DNA of 64,000 bases, from assembly GCF_031769215.1 (NCBI RefSeq), contig NW_026782437.1:310001-374000 (forward strand), in the 5' to 3' direction. Of this stretch, positions 12,241 to 23,947 are shown one piece after another. A model generated the notes under the pieces. It saw only the letters and a list, made by a program, of their open reading frames with translations, was not told where the DNA came from and did no database searches. A program made the translations under genes and the position numbers. Position 1 is the stretch's first letter. Every line of letters begins with the position of its first letter. Source of the DNA: Ylistrum balloti (Eukaryota).

Positions 12241-15200
12241 TTAACAGATGGATGAAGAGCTAGGTGCAGTGACCTAAAAAGACAAAGCATCACAATTCCA
12301 TCATTTTGCAGAGCAAAACAAGTATTCATTACATTATATTGTTGCAAAAGAATGATAATATTTCATTCTGTTGCACAGTTCAACCACTGCAAAATAACTT
12401 GTCATCCTGAGGAGCCATGACAGAACTGTTTGTTCTTGATTGTAGAACAAAAGAACAAAGATTAAATAAGCTCCCCTTGGGTTACTGAACAAAGACATGA
12501 ATGGAAACATAATGGTAATAACATAATAATAACATAAAGTCCACAAATGTATTCTCAGTCAGCTGACAGAGACTACACACGTTTATCCTGAAGACCACCT
12601 GTTGCCCTTAACAACAGTCCACGAATATATACTCTGAGAGAGACTACACACATCTATCCTGAGGACCATCTGCTGCCCTTAACAACAGTCCACGACTATA
12701 TACTCTGACAGAGACTACACACATCTATCCTGAGGACCATCTGTTGCCCTTAACAACAGTCAACGACTATATATACTCTGACAGAGACTACACACATCTA
12801 TCCTGAGGACCATCTGTTGCCCTTAACAACAGTCCATGACTATATATACTCTGACAGAGACTACACATATCTATCCTGAGGACCATCTGTTGCCCTTAAC
12901 AACAGTCCACGACTATATATACTCTGACAGAGACTACACATATCTATCCTGAGGGCCACCTGTTGCCCTTAACAACAGTCCACGAATATATACTCTGACA
13001 GAGACTACACACATCTATCCTGAGGACCATCTGTTGCCCTTAACAACAGTCCACGAATATATACTCTGACAGAGACTACACACATCTATCCTGAGGACCA
13101 TCTGTTGCCCTTAACAACAGTCCACGACTATATACTCTGACAGAGACTACACACATCTATCCTGAAGACCATCTGTTGCCCTTAACAACAGTCCACGACT
13201 ATATACTCTGACAGAGACTACACACATCTATCCTGAGGACCATCTGTTGCCCTTAACAACAGTCCACGTCTATATACTCTGACAGAGACTACACACATCT
13301 ATCCTGAGGACCATCTGTTGCCCTTAACAACAGTCCACGACTATATACTCTGACAGAGACTACACACATCTATCCTGAGAGCCACCTGTTGCCCTTAACA
13401 ACAGTCCATGACTATAAACTCTGACAGATACTACACACATCTCTCCTGAGGGCCACCTGTTGCCCTTAACAACAGTCCACGACTATATATACTCTGACAG
13501 AGACTACACACATCTATCTTGAGGGCCACCTGTTGCCCTTAACAACAGTCCACGACTATATACTCTGACAGAGACTACACACATCTATCCTGAGGGCCAC
13601 CTGTTGCCCTTAACAACAGTCCATGACTGAATATACTCTGACAGAGACCACACACATCTATCCCGAGGGCCACCTGTTGCTCTTAACAACAGTCCACGAC
13701 TGAATATACTCTGACAGAGACTACACACATCTATCCTGAGGGCCACCTGTTGTTCCTTGTCCTGATCCTCCAACAGCTCCGACTCCCAATCCTCATCCTC
13801 GTCTGCTGGATCAAAACTGTACATTGGCATCAGGTGATGTCTTAGCTTCTCCATCCTGCAAAAAGACAAACACTTGTGATCTATTCTATATCAGATTTTA
13901 AGAGTGTATTACCACTAATTATATTCTGTCCCCTTGCTATGACTATTATGTGACATAAATTAACCAGTGTGTTCCAACTTTCACAGACGCATTACTTACA
14001 GAGGTGCAAAATGTTAGATGTTTTGACTTAACTGCCTTGTGACTAACCTGACTTAAATATTGTCAGGTGACTAACATGATATTAATACTGTCAGGTGACA
14101 AACCTGATGTGACTAAAATCGAGAAAAAATTTTAAAAAATGTGACAATAACCTTTAGCTGCTAAGTCCAAGATAGTCACCTGGAAGCCATTTGATTTTTT
14201 CTGATCACTCATAAAATCAATTAAGCACAACTAGGAACTAAGGGAGGTTACAAATAAAATGTGAGAAAGATCCATCCAGTTCTCAAGAAATTGCAATAAA
14301 CAAACTTTTCTTGGCAAAGGATGTCTGTCTTTTGGCTATTCCATTTTTCTGACGAGTCCCAAAATTGAACTGGTACAACTAGAGACCAAGTGGAACCTAC
14401 AAATGATATTTGAGAAAGATCCTTACTGTACTTCTCTAGAAATAGCGATAGCAAAATTTGTCTACGGATGGACTACAGATGTAGGGTGATTTGAATAGCC
14501 TACCATCTCATGATGGTGGGTTAAATTTGTAAATAATGAGTTTGTTGTAAACACAATTTTCCTTTCTCCTTCTCATTATTACTTACTTGCTTCTCCTCAG
14601 CAGTATCACAGCCTAAAACAGAAATAAAAGAGTTCTTAGAATTTACATCTAAAAGAAGGTTTTCGTGCTGGTTGACAATATTTAAAATCAGAAACCATTA
14701 AGGTGAGAACCCAAGCAAAATCATAAGACAAATAACATCCTCTGTTACATTGATACCCATGGGTATTCATACTTAAGAAACTCTTACCACAAATACTGTA
14801 CTTCAAGTTTGGAAAAAACATCTAAGACACAGGAGGTTATGAAACTCTGTCCAAACAAATTGTGCTATCCACTACCTATGTACAATCCCAAGTTATATAA
14901 CTAGATCACCTTTGTGGTAACCACTTCCTACTTTTAGTCATGTATCCTAGGTTATACATATCTAGCTATGCACCTTTGTGCTAACCATTTAATACCTACT
15001 GTCAGGGGTCCCAGGTTATATACTTAAGTAACCTTTGTGTAAGGGATTGAAATTGTTGGACTGAACGAGACAATAGGCACACAGGACCAGGCTGGAATGC
15101 AGAATATTGAGCAGGATGAGGAGGCCAGTTCTGACTGCCCTCACCACACTTTTCTCACACAATCTGCCTGAAGGACTGAGACTTACTACTTGCAGCTATA

Positions 15201-17487
15201 TTTATAACATGACTGAGTCAAATTTAATTGGCCTAGCAATTGTAGACATCATACATAAAAGTCTTGTTTGGTGATAATAGCACTTGTAATTATTGAATAA
15301 CTTTAGATTACCAGGTAAAATGTTGATGTCAGCAGAAAAGTAGTGTCTAACTCTGCCACTTTATTCCAGTTCTGTACTGTAAACCTTGTTTTTAAATAAA
15401 CCCACATTTTCTCTACTAAGGCCTTGTGTCATGAAAATCAAAATTATAAACAAATTCTGTATCTGATATCTGACAAAATAAGACTTTCACACATACTGCA
15501 GATAAACAAATTCTGTATCCGATATTTGACAAACTAAGACTTTCACACATACTGCAGATAAACAAATTCTGTATCTGATATCTGACAAACTAAGACTTTC
15601 ACACATACTGCAGATAAACAAATTTTGTATCTGATATCTGACAAACTAAGACTTTCACACATACTGCAGATAAACAAATTCTGTATCTGATATCTGACAA
15701 ACTAAGACTTTCACACATACTGCAGATAAACAAATTTTGTATCTGATATCTGACAAACTAAGACTTTCACACATACTGCAGATAAACAAATTTTGTATCT
15801 GATATCTGACAAACTAAGACTTTCACACATACTGCAGATAAACAAATTCTGTATCCGATATTTGACAAACTAAGACTTTCACACATACTGCAGATAAACA
15901 AATTCTGTATCTGATATCTGACAAACTAAGACTTTCACACATACTGCAGATAAACAAATTTTGTATCTGATATCTGACAAACTAAGACTTTCACAGATAA
16001 ACAAATTTTGTATCTGATATCTGACATACTAAGACTTTCACACATACTGCAGATAAACACATTTTGTATCCGATATCTGACATACTAAGACTTTCACACA
16101 TACTGCAGATAAACAAATTCTGTATCCGATATCTGACAAACTAAGACTTTCACACATACTGCAGATAAACAAATTCTGTATCTGATATCTGACAAACTAA
16201 GACTTTCACACATACTGCAGATAAACAAATTTTGTATCCGATATTTGACAAACTAAGACTTTCACACATACAGCAGATAAACAAATTGTGTATCTGATAT
16301 CTGACAAACTATGCAGATAAACAAATTGTGTATCTGATATCTGACAAACTAAGACTTTCACACATACTGCAGATAAACAAATTGTGTATCTGATATCTGA
16401 CATACTAAGACTTTCACACATACTGCAGATAAACAAATTGTGTATCTGATATCTGACAAACTAAGACTTTCACACATACTGCAGATAAACAAATTTTGTA
16501 TCCGATATTTGACAAACTAAGACTTTCACACATACTGCAGATAAACAAATTCTGTATCTGATATCTGACAAACTAAGACTTTCACACATACTGCAGATAA
16601 ACAAATTGTGTATCTGATATCTGACAAACTATGCAGATAAACAAATTGTGTATCTGATATCTGACAAACTAAGACTTTCACACATACTGCAGATAAACAA
16701 ATTCTGTATCTGATATCTGACATACTAAGACTTTCACACATACTGCAGATAAACAAATTCTGTATCTGATATCTGACATACTAAGACTTTCACACATACT
16801 GCAGATAAACAAATTGTGTATCTGATATCTGACAAACTAAGACTTTCACACATACTGCAGATAAACAAATTTTGTATCTGATATCTGACAAACTAAGACT
16901 TTCACACATACTGCAGATAAACAAATTCTGTATCTGATATCTGACAAAATAAGACTTTCACACATACTGCAGATAAACAAATTTTGTATCCGATATCTGA
17001 CAAAATAAGACTTTCACACATACTGCAGATAAACAAATTGTGTATCTGATATCTGACAAACTAAGACTTTCACACATACTGCAGATAAACAGATTTTGTA
17101 CCTGATATCTGACATACTAAGACTTTCACACATACTGCAGATAAACAAATTCTGTACATACTAAGACTTTCACACATACTGCAGATAAACAAATTGTGTA
17201 CATCTGACAAACTAAGACTTTCACACATACTGCAGATAAACAAATTCTGTATCTGATATCTGACAAAATATGACTTTCACACATACTGCAGATACAAAAA
17301 TTTCAAAATACTCCTAAAGGTGTGATAAAATACTCACCACTATTGCTAGTAGGATGACAAAGAAAAGTGAGCCCAGAGGAATGAGAATGTACACCACAAC
17401 ATGACTCTGGGGGTCCTGGGGTGGTGCAATGGTTGAAATGGCTGAGGTCACATTGATATTGTCCTGCCAGGCACTAATGTTACTCAT
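12241..17487 (-). CDS. SMIM29: Small integral membrane protein 29-like (C6orf1-like), spliced, about 105 aa
   Basis: Coding exons: 17487-17338 (MSNISAWQDNINVTSAISTIAPPQDPQSHVVVYILIPLGSLFFVILLAIV, donor GTGAGT); 14612-14587 (AVILLRRS+AA, TTTTAG/GTAAGT); 13855-13747 (G+MEKLRHHLMPMYSFDPADEDEDWESELLEDQDKEQQ). Phases join in frame. The single TM followed by LRHHLMPMYSFDP matches my recollection of SMIM29 LRHHLLPMYSYDP. The last exon 12273-12241 (VTAPSSSSIC*, acceptor gtctttttag) is tentative. Confidence 0.82.
12560..13755. repeat. Minisatellite, 71-73 bp unit, about 17 copies, overlapping the SMIM29 exon/intron junction
   Basis: ctgaggacca-type anchors at 13091, 13162, 13233, 13304. On the minus strand each unit contains CAACAG|GTGG. 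Confidence 0.95.
14160..14525 (+). mobile_element. Non-autonomous interspersed repeat fragment (intronic)
   Basis: gccatttgatttttctgatca...cacaactagga matches 20945-21000 (gccattttgtttttctgatcag...gcacaactatgga). Ends with cggatggac...gtgatttgaatagcctaccatc...ggtgggttaa. Confidence 0.45.
15450..17295. repeat. Minisatellite, 56 bp unit (cacacatactgcagataaacaaattctgtatctgatatctgacaaactaagacttt), about 33 copies, in SMIM29 intron
   Basis: agacttt anchors at 15481 and 15537; highly homogeneous. Confidence 0.97.
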
Positions 17488-18204
17488 GGTGAGTAGAAAA
17501 ATCCTGATGGCTCAACAACAAACTCTATTGGTTACCTTCAAACCTTCAAAGGTCAGCAAGAGGTCATTGCAAAATCTGAGGTCAGTAAGAGGTTAATTAA
17601 GATATGCCCATGGGCCATTTTTCCTGGCTAAATGGCCTATCCTTTAGTCAGCATCTGCAACAAACTAATGTAATGAGTATCAACTATATGTAGTGATCTA
17701 AATAAATTCGTGATGACATCCAGTTTGTTAAACATCTCATCATTTACTATTTTCGGATTGTATCAAGTTTCTGGTTATCATGCCATGTCTCACCAAGGAG
17801 CATATAATATAATACCAAGACAGGACCCACTGGACATCATCAAAGACTCTCAATAAGTCCTAAAAAGAGAATTAGAAAATAATCCCATCTCCATCTTCCT
17901 CCACCCCCACTTCCACCCCATCCCCTAAAAAACAAGGTTGGTCATCATTTCAGAAGTCATATCAATGTTTTAATTTTTCTACAAACAAAGGTTTTCATAT
18001 CGAAACATGAAGTCTGCTTGGTCAGCAGTAATACAAGGTACATTAAGGCCCAATCATCTTATAACACAAGTCCAAATTGTTCCTTCATATCTTTTTCAGA
18101 AAGTTACAGCACTTATACAGATGACTCATATAACTCATATAATCAAGTATAATCAATGAAATCTTTGATAAATACAAAGATAAAAATAAAAAGATAATTG
18201 GCAC

Positions 18205-18396
18205 TTTACACCACATACCATACGTCTCTGCAAGTCTGAAACCTGGTGTAAGGGCAGATAACTCAAATTCAAAACAGCAAGTAGCAGCTCTCTCTCTCTA
18301 TATATATATATACGCACACGCCACATACCATAGATCTCTGCTAGTCTGAAACCTGGTGTAAGGGCAGATAACTCAAATCAAAACAGCAAGTAGCAG

Positions 18397-18439
<43 letters not shown>

Positions 18440-18524
18440 CGCACACACCACATACCATAGATCTTTGCTAGTCTGAAACCTGGTGTAAGGGCAGATAACT
18501 CAAATTCAAAACAGCAAGTATCAG

Positions 18525-18598
<74 letters not shown>

Positions 18599-18600
18599 GC
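18205..18600. repeat. Three copies of a 110-140 bp unit each ending in a (CT)n(AT)n microsatellite
   Basis: caccacataccata...gtctgaaacctggtgtaagggcagataactcaaa...cagcaagtagcagctctct occurs three times with increasing microsatellite length. Confidence 0.9.
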
Positions 18601-19796
18601 ACAAGTCATTAGAAAGAAGACCAGCAGGATATAATTGGTTTCAATTATCAGGACTCAAAAGTCTCATTTCTTCTATATAGCTTGTAAATAGTTTTCAAGC
18701 TAACTTGGAATCAGATACTCTCTTAATAATACTCAAGATGAGCCAATCATTCATAAAAAACTAGGATTCCATCTAATAAAACATATATGTCATCATAAAT
18801 TGCAGTGATACACAAGCAAATCAGCACTGACTTACATTTCATATTTGCTGTTAATTACAAAAGTAAATACTGTTAGATGAAAAGAGTATATATTTGAGAC
18901 TAGTTTCGTTTTAAACATATTGTGAAAAGGAAACAATTGTGATTGTACGTTTGACCTTGCCGTCCTGTGGCTTGAAAGGGGGATCCAATAGGGGAAGAAG
19001 AGTAGGAATGCCAAAAGGATCATGTCCCATTTTGGTCTGATGCATGTTATGGTAAAGTAGACTCAATTATGTAAAAACGGTGGGAACAAACCGTGAAACT
19101 GGACGTGAAACGTCATGGTGCACGTTACAGATCATCTTACCCAAGTTTCTTCAGGCTTCCAAACCAGATCGATGTAACAAATATGTAATTTTGTCATCAA
19201 ACAAATGTTAAATGTCTACAGGAAATTGCGAAATCTATACAGTTCCGTGGGTCTCCCGTATGGTAGCCGAAGCTTTGACAGAACGTTACCGTCACACTCA
19301 TGTGATGCTATATTCGCTGTGCTCTCAAACTGTTGTCTTTCATATGAAAATATGTTAAAGGCGAAACCACTCAAGCAAGTACAAAAAGTTATCTCACTGA
19401 TATCAATGTCGTGAAGACATAAATAAGTTTACCTCAGGTATAGGCTAATTCAGTTGTAAATGACTTGGGCCTGGCTTTATACCCGTCACTGTAAACAATA
19501 AAGAGCTCTTGAGAAGGGAGTTAACTGCAGCGGGAATTATGAACACACTAGTACAGAAGACGTTCTTTATTTCTAGTGAGATTTTTTTTTCAAAACTAAA
19601 GTAATACGTTCCAGCATGAGAGTTTTAAATTACCCATAGTTGTAATTTTCAACCGAATCAGAAATGAAGAAGAAGAAGAAGAAGAAGAAAAGAACCATGT
19701 CCTTACTAATTTTTTTCTCTTGTTTTGTTCTTTATCATATACGAATTTAGAATTTAAGAAAATCCCTGAGGGCATTTAACTGCTTAATCCAAGATG

Positions 19797-20925
19797 ATAT
19801 ACAATACAATAAGCTTTATTTTGTGTCGTATATGATAAACAAAGTCAACATTAGCTCAGAGGAGCTATTATTACAACAAATTATATCAATATAAAATTTA
19901 AAAAAAAACAAAATGTGAAACATACGTGTATGGACATAAAACATGCACAGAGTAGTAACTCGAGATGTTAATTACGGGATTTCCATTGATTAAAATGTAC
20001 ATAAAGACACAGCATATTAAGTTATTAAAGCACTTATGGTTATAAATTAAAATGGCCCGGAGGTCTGGTAAGTTGGGCCAGTATAGTCCCCACAAACCAG
20101 GTCCCTAGTCCATAAAAAATATATAGAAACAAACAGTAAGAAATAAACATTGGCAACATAGACCAAATGACAAACACACACAGAAAGCAGATCAAGGTTT
20201 TATTTTGGCACAGATAGAACAGGAACATATCGGGCCATCCCAGGTGTGGATCAGCTTCCTGAATTCTGGGTAATTCATTCGGAAGGCTGTTCCACACCCG
20301 TGCTGCCTCAAAACTAAACGATTTCTGTCCATTCTTGGTAGACTTTACATTTGGCACAGTGACTGTGTAGTCCTTCCTAAAATTATAAATAGACTCTTTA
20401 AATTTCACCAGATCTTGAATTTATTCAAGGGACAATTTGTATAAAATTTTGTTAACTTCACAGCCCATGTCTTTAAGTCTCTTGATGTGTAAAAGAGTAG
20501 TTTTACTGTTTGTTAAAAGCTGAATAAAAGACGACTCATAATCACTTTCAACAAATCTTAGAGCACGCTCATGGATCTTTTCCATCTTTCGCACGCTTTT
20601 CATACTTTTAAAATGCCAGACTAATGGGCAGAATTGGAAATTTGAAAGTATAAAAGAATCATATATAACTTTTCTTTCCTGTTTATTTAAGTAAGTTCCA
20701 ATTCTTTTCAGAACATTCAATTGTCTGGAGGCCTTTATACATAGCTCCGAGACATGAAAGTCAAAATTTAAAAGTGAATCAAAATAAACTCCAAGCAATT
20801 TTACAGTTTTCTCAGGTAAAATGGTTACATTATCTATTTTGAAATTTGCAAATGCCTCCATTGATTTTTTACCTACACATAGAGCCTGAAAATTTTTTAG
20901 GAGTTGCCCTCATTTGGTTCTTGTA
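19797..20925 (-). mobile_element. CR1-clade non-LTR retrotransposon, 5'-truncated 3' fragment (RT C-terminal/thumb region and 3' UTR)
   Basis: ORFs 20421..20861 (VKLLGVYFDSLLNFDFHV...LNVLKRI...FCPLVWHF) and 20040..20408 (KSFSFEAARVWNSLP) are joined by a frameshift. Upstream sequence gives NQMRATPKKFQALCVG-like residues. The tail on the minus strand is aataaagctt(attgt)n at about 19797-19820. Confidence 0.88.
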
Positions 20926-21369
20926 AAAGCATTTATTATCCCGTCAGCCATTTTGTTTTTCTGATCAGTCCCAAAATTAAAAGGGCACAACTATGGACCA
21001 AGGGGTAACTATTCACGAAGTCTAACAAAAATTAATCCCCTACTTGGGAAGACATGGCAATAACAATCTCTTATAATCTACATTGATGTCATGCGCAAGG
21101 CACATGTTTGAAATACCACACATACCAACCATTCCACCTTCTTCACGTCTTTTCGTAACTCCCCACCTCAAATCCCTTTCCAGTTTTGTAATCCACTTTT
21201 TTCGTATACTCTCTCTTTCAAGTCTTTTGTGTTCTTCTTTGTCGGTCCGTCTTCACGTTGTATAATTGAATGTGTGCGAATTATTTACATTAAGAAACCT
21301 ACTAATATTAATTACTATTGATGTAAGAGCGCAAGGGGTACCTTAAAAGGAAAGCGGAGAAAACCCATA

Positions 21370-21432
21370 CCCGTTCAGAGAATCGAACCTCGGACGGCTA
21401 GCTGGAAGACATATGTTACCATTGTGGCACCA
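21370..21432 (-). mobile_element. tRNA-derived SINE head or tRNA pseudogene
   Basis: Minus strand reads tggtgccacaatggta (A-box-like)...ggttcgattc (B box); no clean cloverleaf. Confidence 0.45.
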
Positions 21433-21892
21433 ACAATCGCCTGGTTATACAGAAGTGTGTAAAAGATGAAGAAGAAGGAGGAAACATTGATGGTAAGGAT
21501 AAAATTACAACACGGGGACGTGTAGGCGTGTCTCTCGTTAAAATCTTTGCAAAATTTAACTTTCAGGAAAAAAATGATTCAGTAAAGTTATGAATCAGGC
21601 TTTTTAAAATGTGAATCTTTGTAACCAACTTGTGTTCTCTTAGAAGTTCTGCCTGTTTAATAGTCGTAAGTCGCCTTATATTGACTCGTGGAGATTTCAA
21701 ATCGAAGGGTCGCTATGTAGCTCGACCCGGCCGAACTAAGGCATTTTTTATCATGATCTTCACGGATGGTGAGTCGATCAGTTCAACTAAACTTTTGTAA
21801 AAATTAGTGACACCACCAAATAAGTTATTCAAAACACGAGGAAAACAAAAAAGAGAGAAAAAAAAGAATTTGGGTAAATGATTATATATATA

Positions 21893-22258
21893 ATGGACCC
21901 CATTGGAAATAAACCTATTTTATAGGCTTTATGGGTAATCCAAGGCCAAAGGCATTTTCATCTGGTTTTATCAAATTTCTCTCTTTTTTATTGATATTTC
22001 TAAATTTCCAACTATTTTACTTAGAAGATTTGCAAGCACAGTGTAATTTAATTTCTGCGATACTAGTTTAAACTGTGATATTTTAAGGTATGTGAAATTC
22101 TTCTGTGATATCCTATATTTTATAATTAATAATTTTAAGAAATCCACAATAATTTATTACTGATTTTAATTGTTATGGAATTGCTTATGTAATATTTGTA
22201 ATGTGTAATTTTATTATGCCTTTGACTGAATAAACAATAAATAAATAAATAAATAAAT
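21893..22258 (+). mobile_element. Retroposon 3' end fragment
   Basis: Ends aataaacaat(aaat)n and is flanked by tatataa on both sides (possible target-site duplication). It starts ggaccccattggaaataa, which resembles LINE 3' UTRs. Confidence 0.4.
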
Positions 22259-22499
22259 ATATAAGCTGGATATGCAGGAGAGGGTGCGTGCTTACTGCCG
22301 TTAGCTTAAGAAAAAATAGAATATAAATTTAGATCTGTTTCTAGGTTCACCTTAGCGTTTGGGCCCTTTACTTGGGGGTCCTAATAAGATATATAGAACA
22401 TTCATATTTGCTTAGAAAAAAGAAAATCAATCTAGAGAGCTATACACCTTCCCATACATGTGTTTCGCGCTCAGTGAACCATGGAGCCCTAAGCCTTGA

Positions 22500-22771
22500 A
22501 CGCGTCCGGTGAGGTCAAGCAGGAACTTGTTATTGAAATTAGCCAATCAAATTTCTCGTTTCTCCACCGCTTTCGGCAACGCACGCTACACATAAGTTTG
22601 GGACCCATGTTGTTTTGCCCGGTTGCAGAAAGGTCGACAAAATATCACATATACAACTCCTTAGGAAGATAAGCAAACAGGTATATGATTTAGAAAAATA
22701 CTTTACTCGCCATTACTTCATTTACTGTTAGATTTAATTGCAAGTTTCCGGTATTGTGGCGTATTTTTAAG
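22500..22771 (+). promoter_or_regulatory. Candidate promoter and non-coding first exon of vWA gene 1
   Basis: agccaatca CCAAT box at about 22542, CpG-richer block, and donor-like taag|gtaatg at 22771/22772. The coding exon acceptor ttttgcag ends at 23943, 4 nt before the ATG. Confidence 0.35.
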
Positions 22772-23947
22772 GTAATGCTTGCTGCACGAGCCGTGTACAA
22801 CGACTGGTCGAAAACCTAGTTTGATAAATGACCGACTTTCGCCAGCTGTCCAAGGCACTGATTACAGATTTTCTCGGTATATAACACATACCACCTTGTT
22901 CGGGAAGAAGCTGATATTTCATCAAATTAGCTTATTTGGCCATGTAGATGTCACGTGTTAATATCGTGGTTTGTTTGAATTACAAGTCCAGTAGTGTGAA
23001 AACGCCAAGAAATTTTTAAACCGACAGACATTCAGGATTCAATTGGAGGGAAAAAATGTTTCTTATGAAATTAGGCTGAAGTACAGTATTTCAGTGTTAT
23101 TATTCCACATGTAAATTGTTACAGTTCTGTCTAACGAGAAAAAAATAATGAACGAAAATTGAAAAACACCATTCTATAATACCTGTTTGGTACACATTTT
23201 GATACAAAACGTGAAGGGTTTATCAACATGAAAGTTGTATTAGGTACAATATTGCAGTCATCTTACATGATACAATATTTCAGTATGGACCTTAATGACA
23301 ATAATGTTGGTAAAAACTTTAGACTTGATTAGTGGCATTGGTTGCTTCATAATGGGAAATTCATACAACTGGAATTTTTTTAAATAATATCTCTACTTAT
23401 TGGTACCTAACTATTGTATCTAAACTCAGTCTGAAGGGGTTCTGACTTTCTCTCAGCAATTGATTTTTTACATAGCATCTAGTCAAAATTCTATATAAAA
23501 AGTAAAGCATAGCAACTCTTGCATTCAGGCAATCTTGAATAATTTACAACAATGCAACGCATGTTAATGATATATAATGGAAAAGTAAAATGTTTTTCTA
23601 CCAGTCTGTATAAGTGACTGTTGTGGTTACAAAATCTCATTATAACTTACAGTACTGAAAAGTAAATTCTCACAATGTTTGTGTCCTTTCCCAAAATGTG
23701 CTTGGACATGATTGTCAGAAAAAATGTTGTTACTTTAAGTAAATAATAATCATTAGCTTTGAAAAGAACTTTCAGGATATGCATGAAAAATAAAGGATTG
23801 GTTGGATAGGTAAATGCCAGTATTTTTAGGTCTCATTTTTCACTTTTAAGTGTATAATGATCATGAGCTTTACATAAAACTTTTTCAATTTCGATTCTCC
23901 CATCTATCTTATATTTTAATCTACTTTTCTTATACTTTTGCAGAACA

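Noticed and set aside
12560-17295. Regularly spaced repeats resembling CRISPR arrays
   Set aside because: Units are contiguous with no unique spacers, there are no cas genes, and the context is spliced eukaryotic DNA; these are minisatellites.
21370-21432. Functional tRNA gene
   Set aside because: A/B-box-like motifs are present but I could not build acceptor and anticodon stems; kept only as a SINE or pseudogene head.
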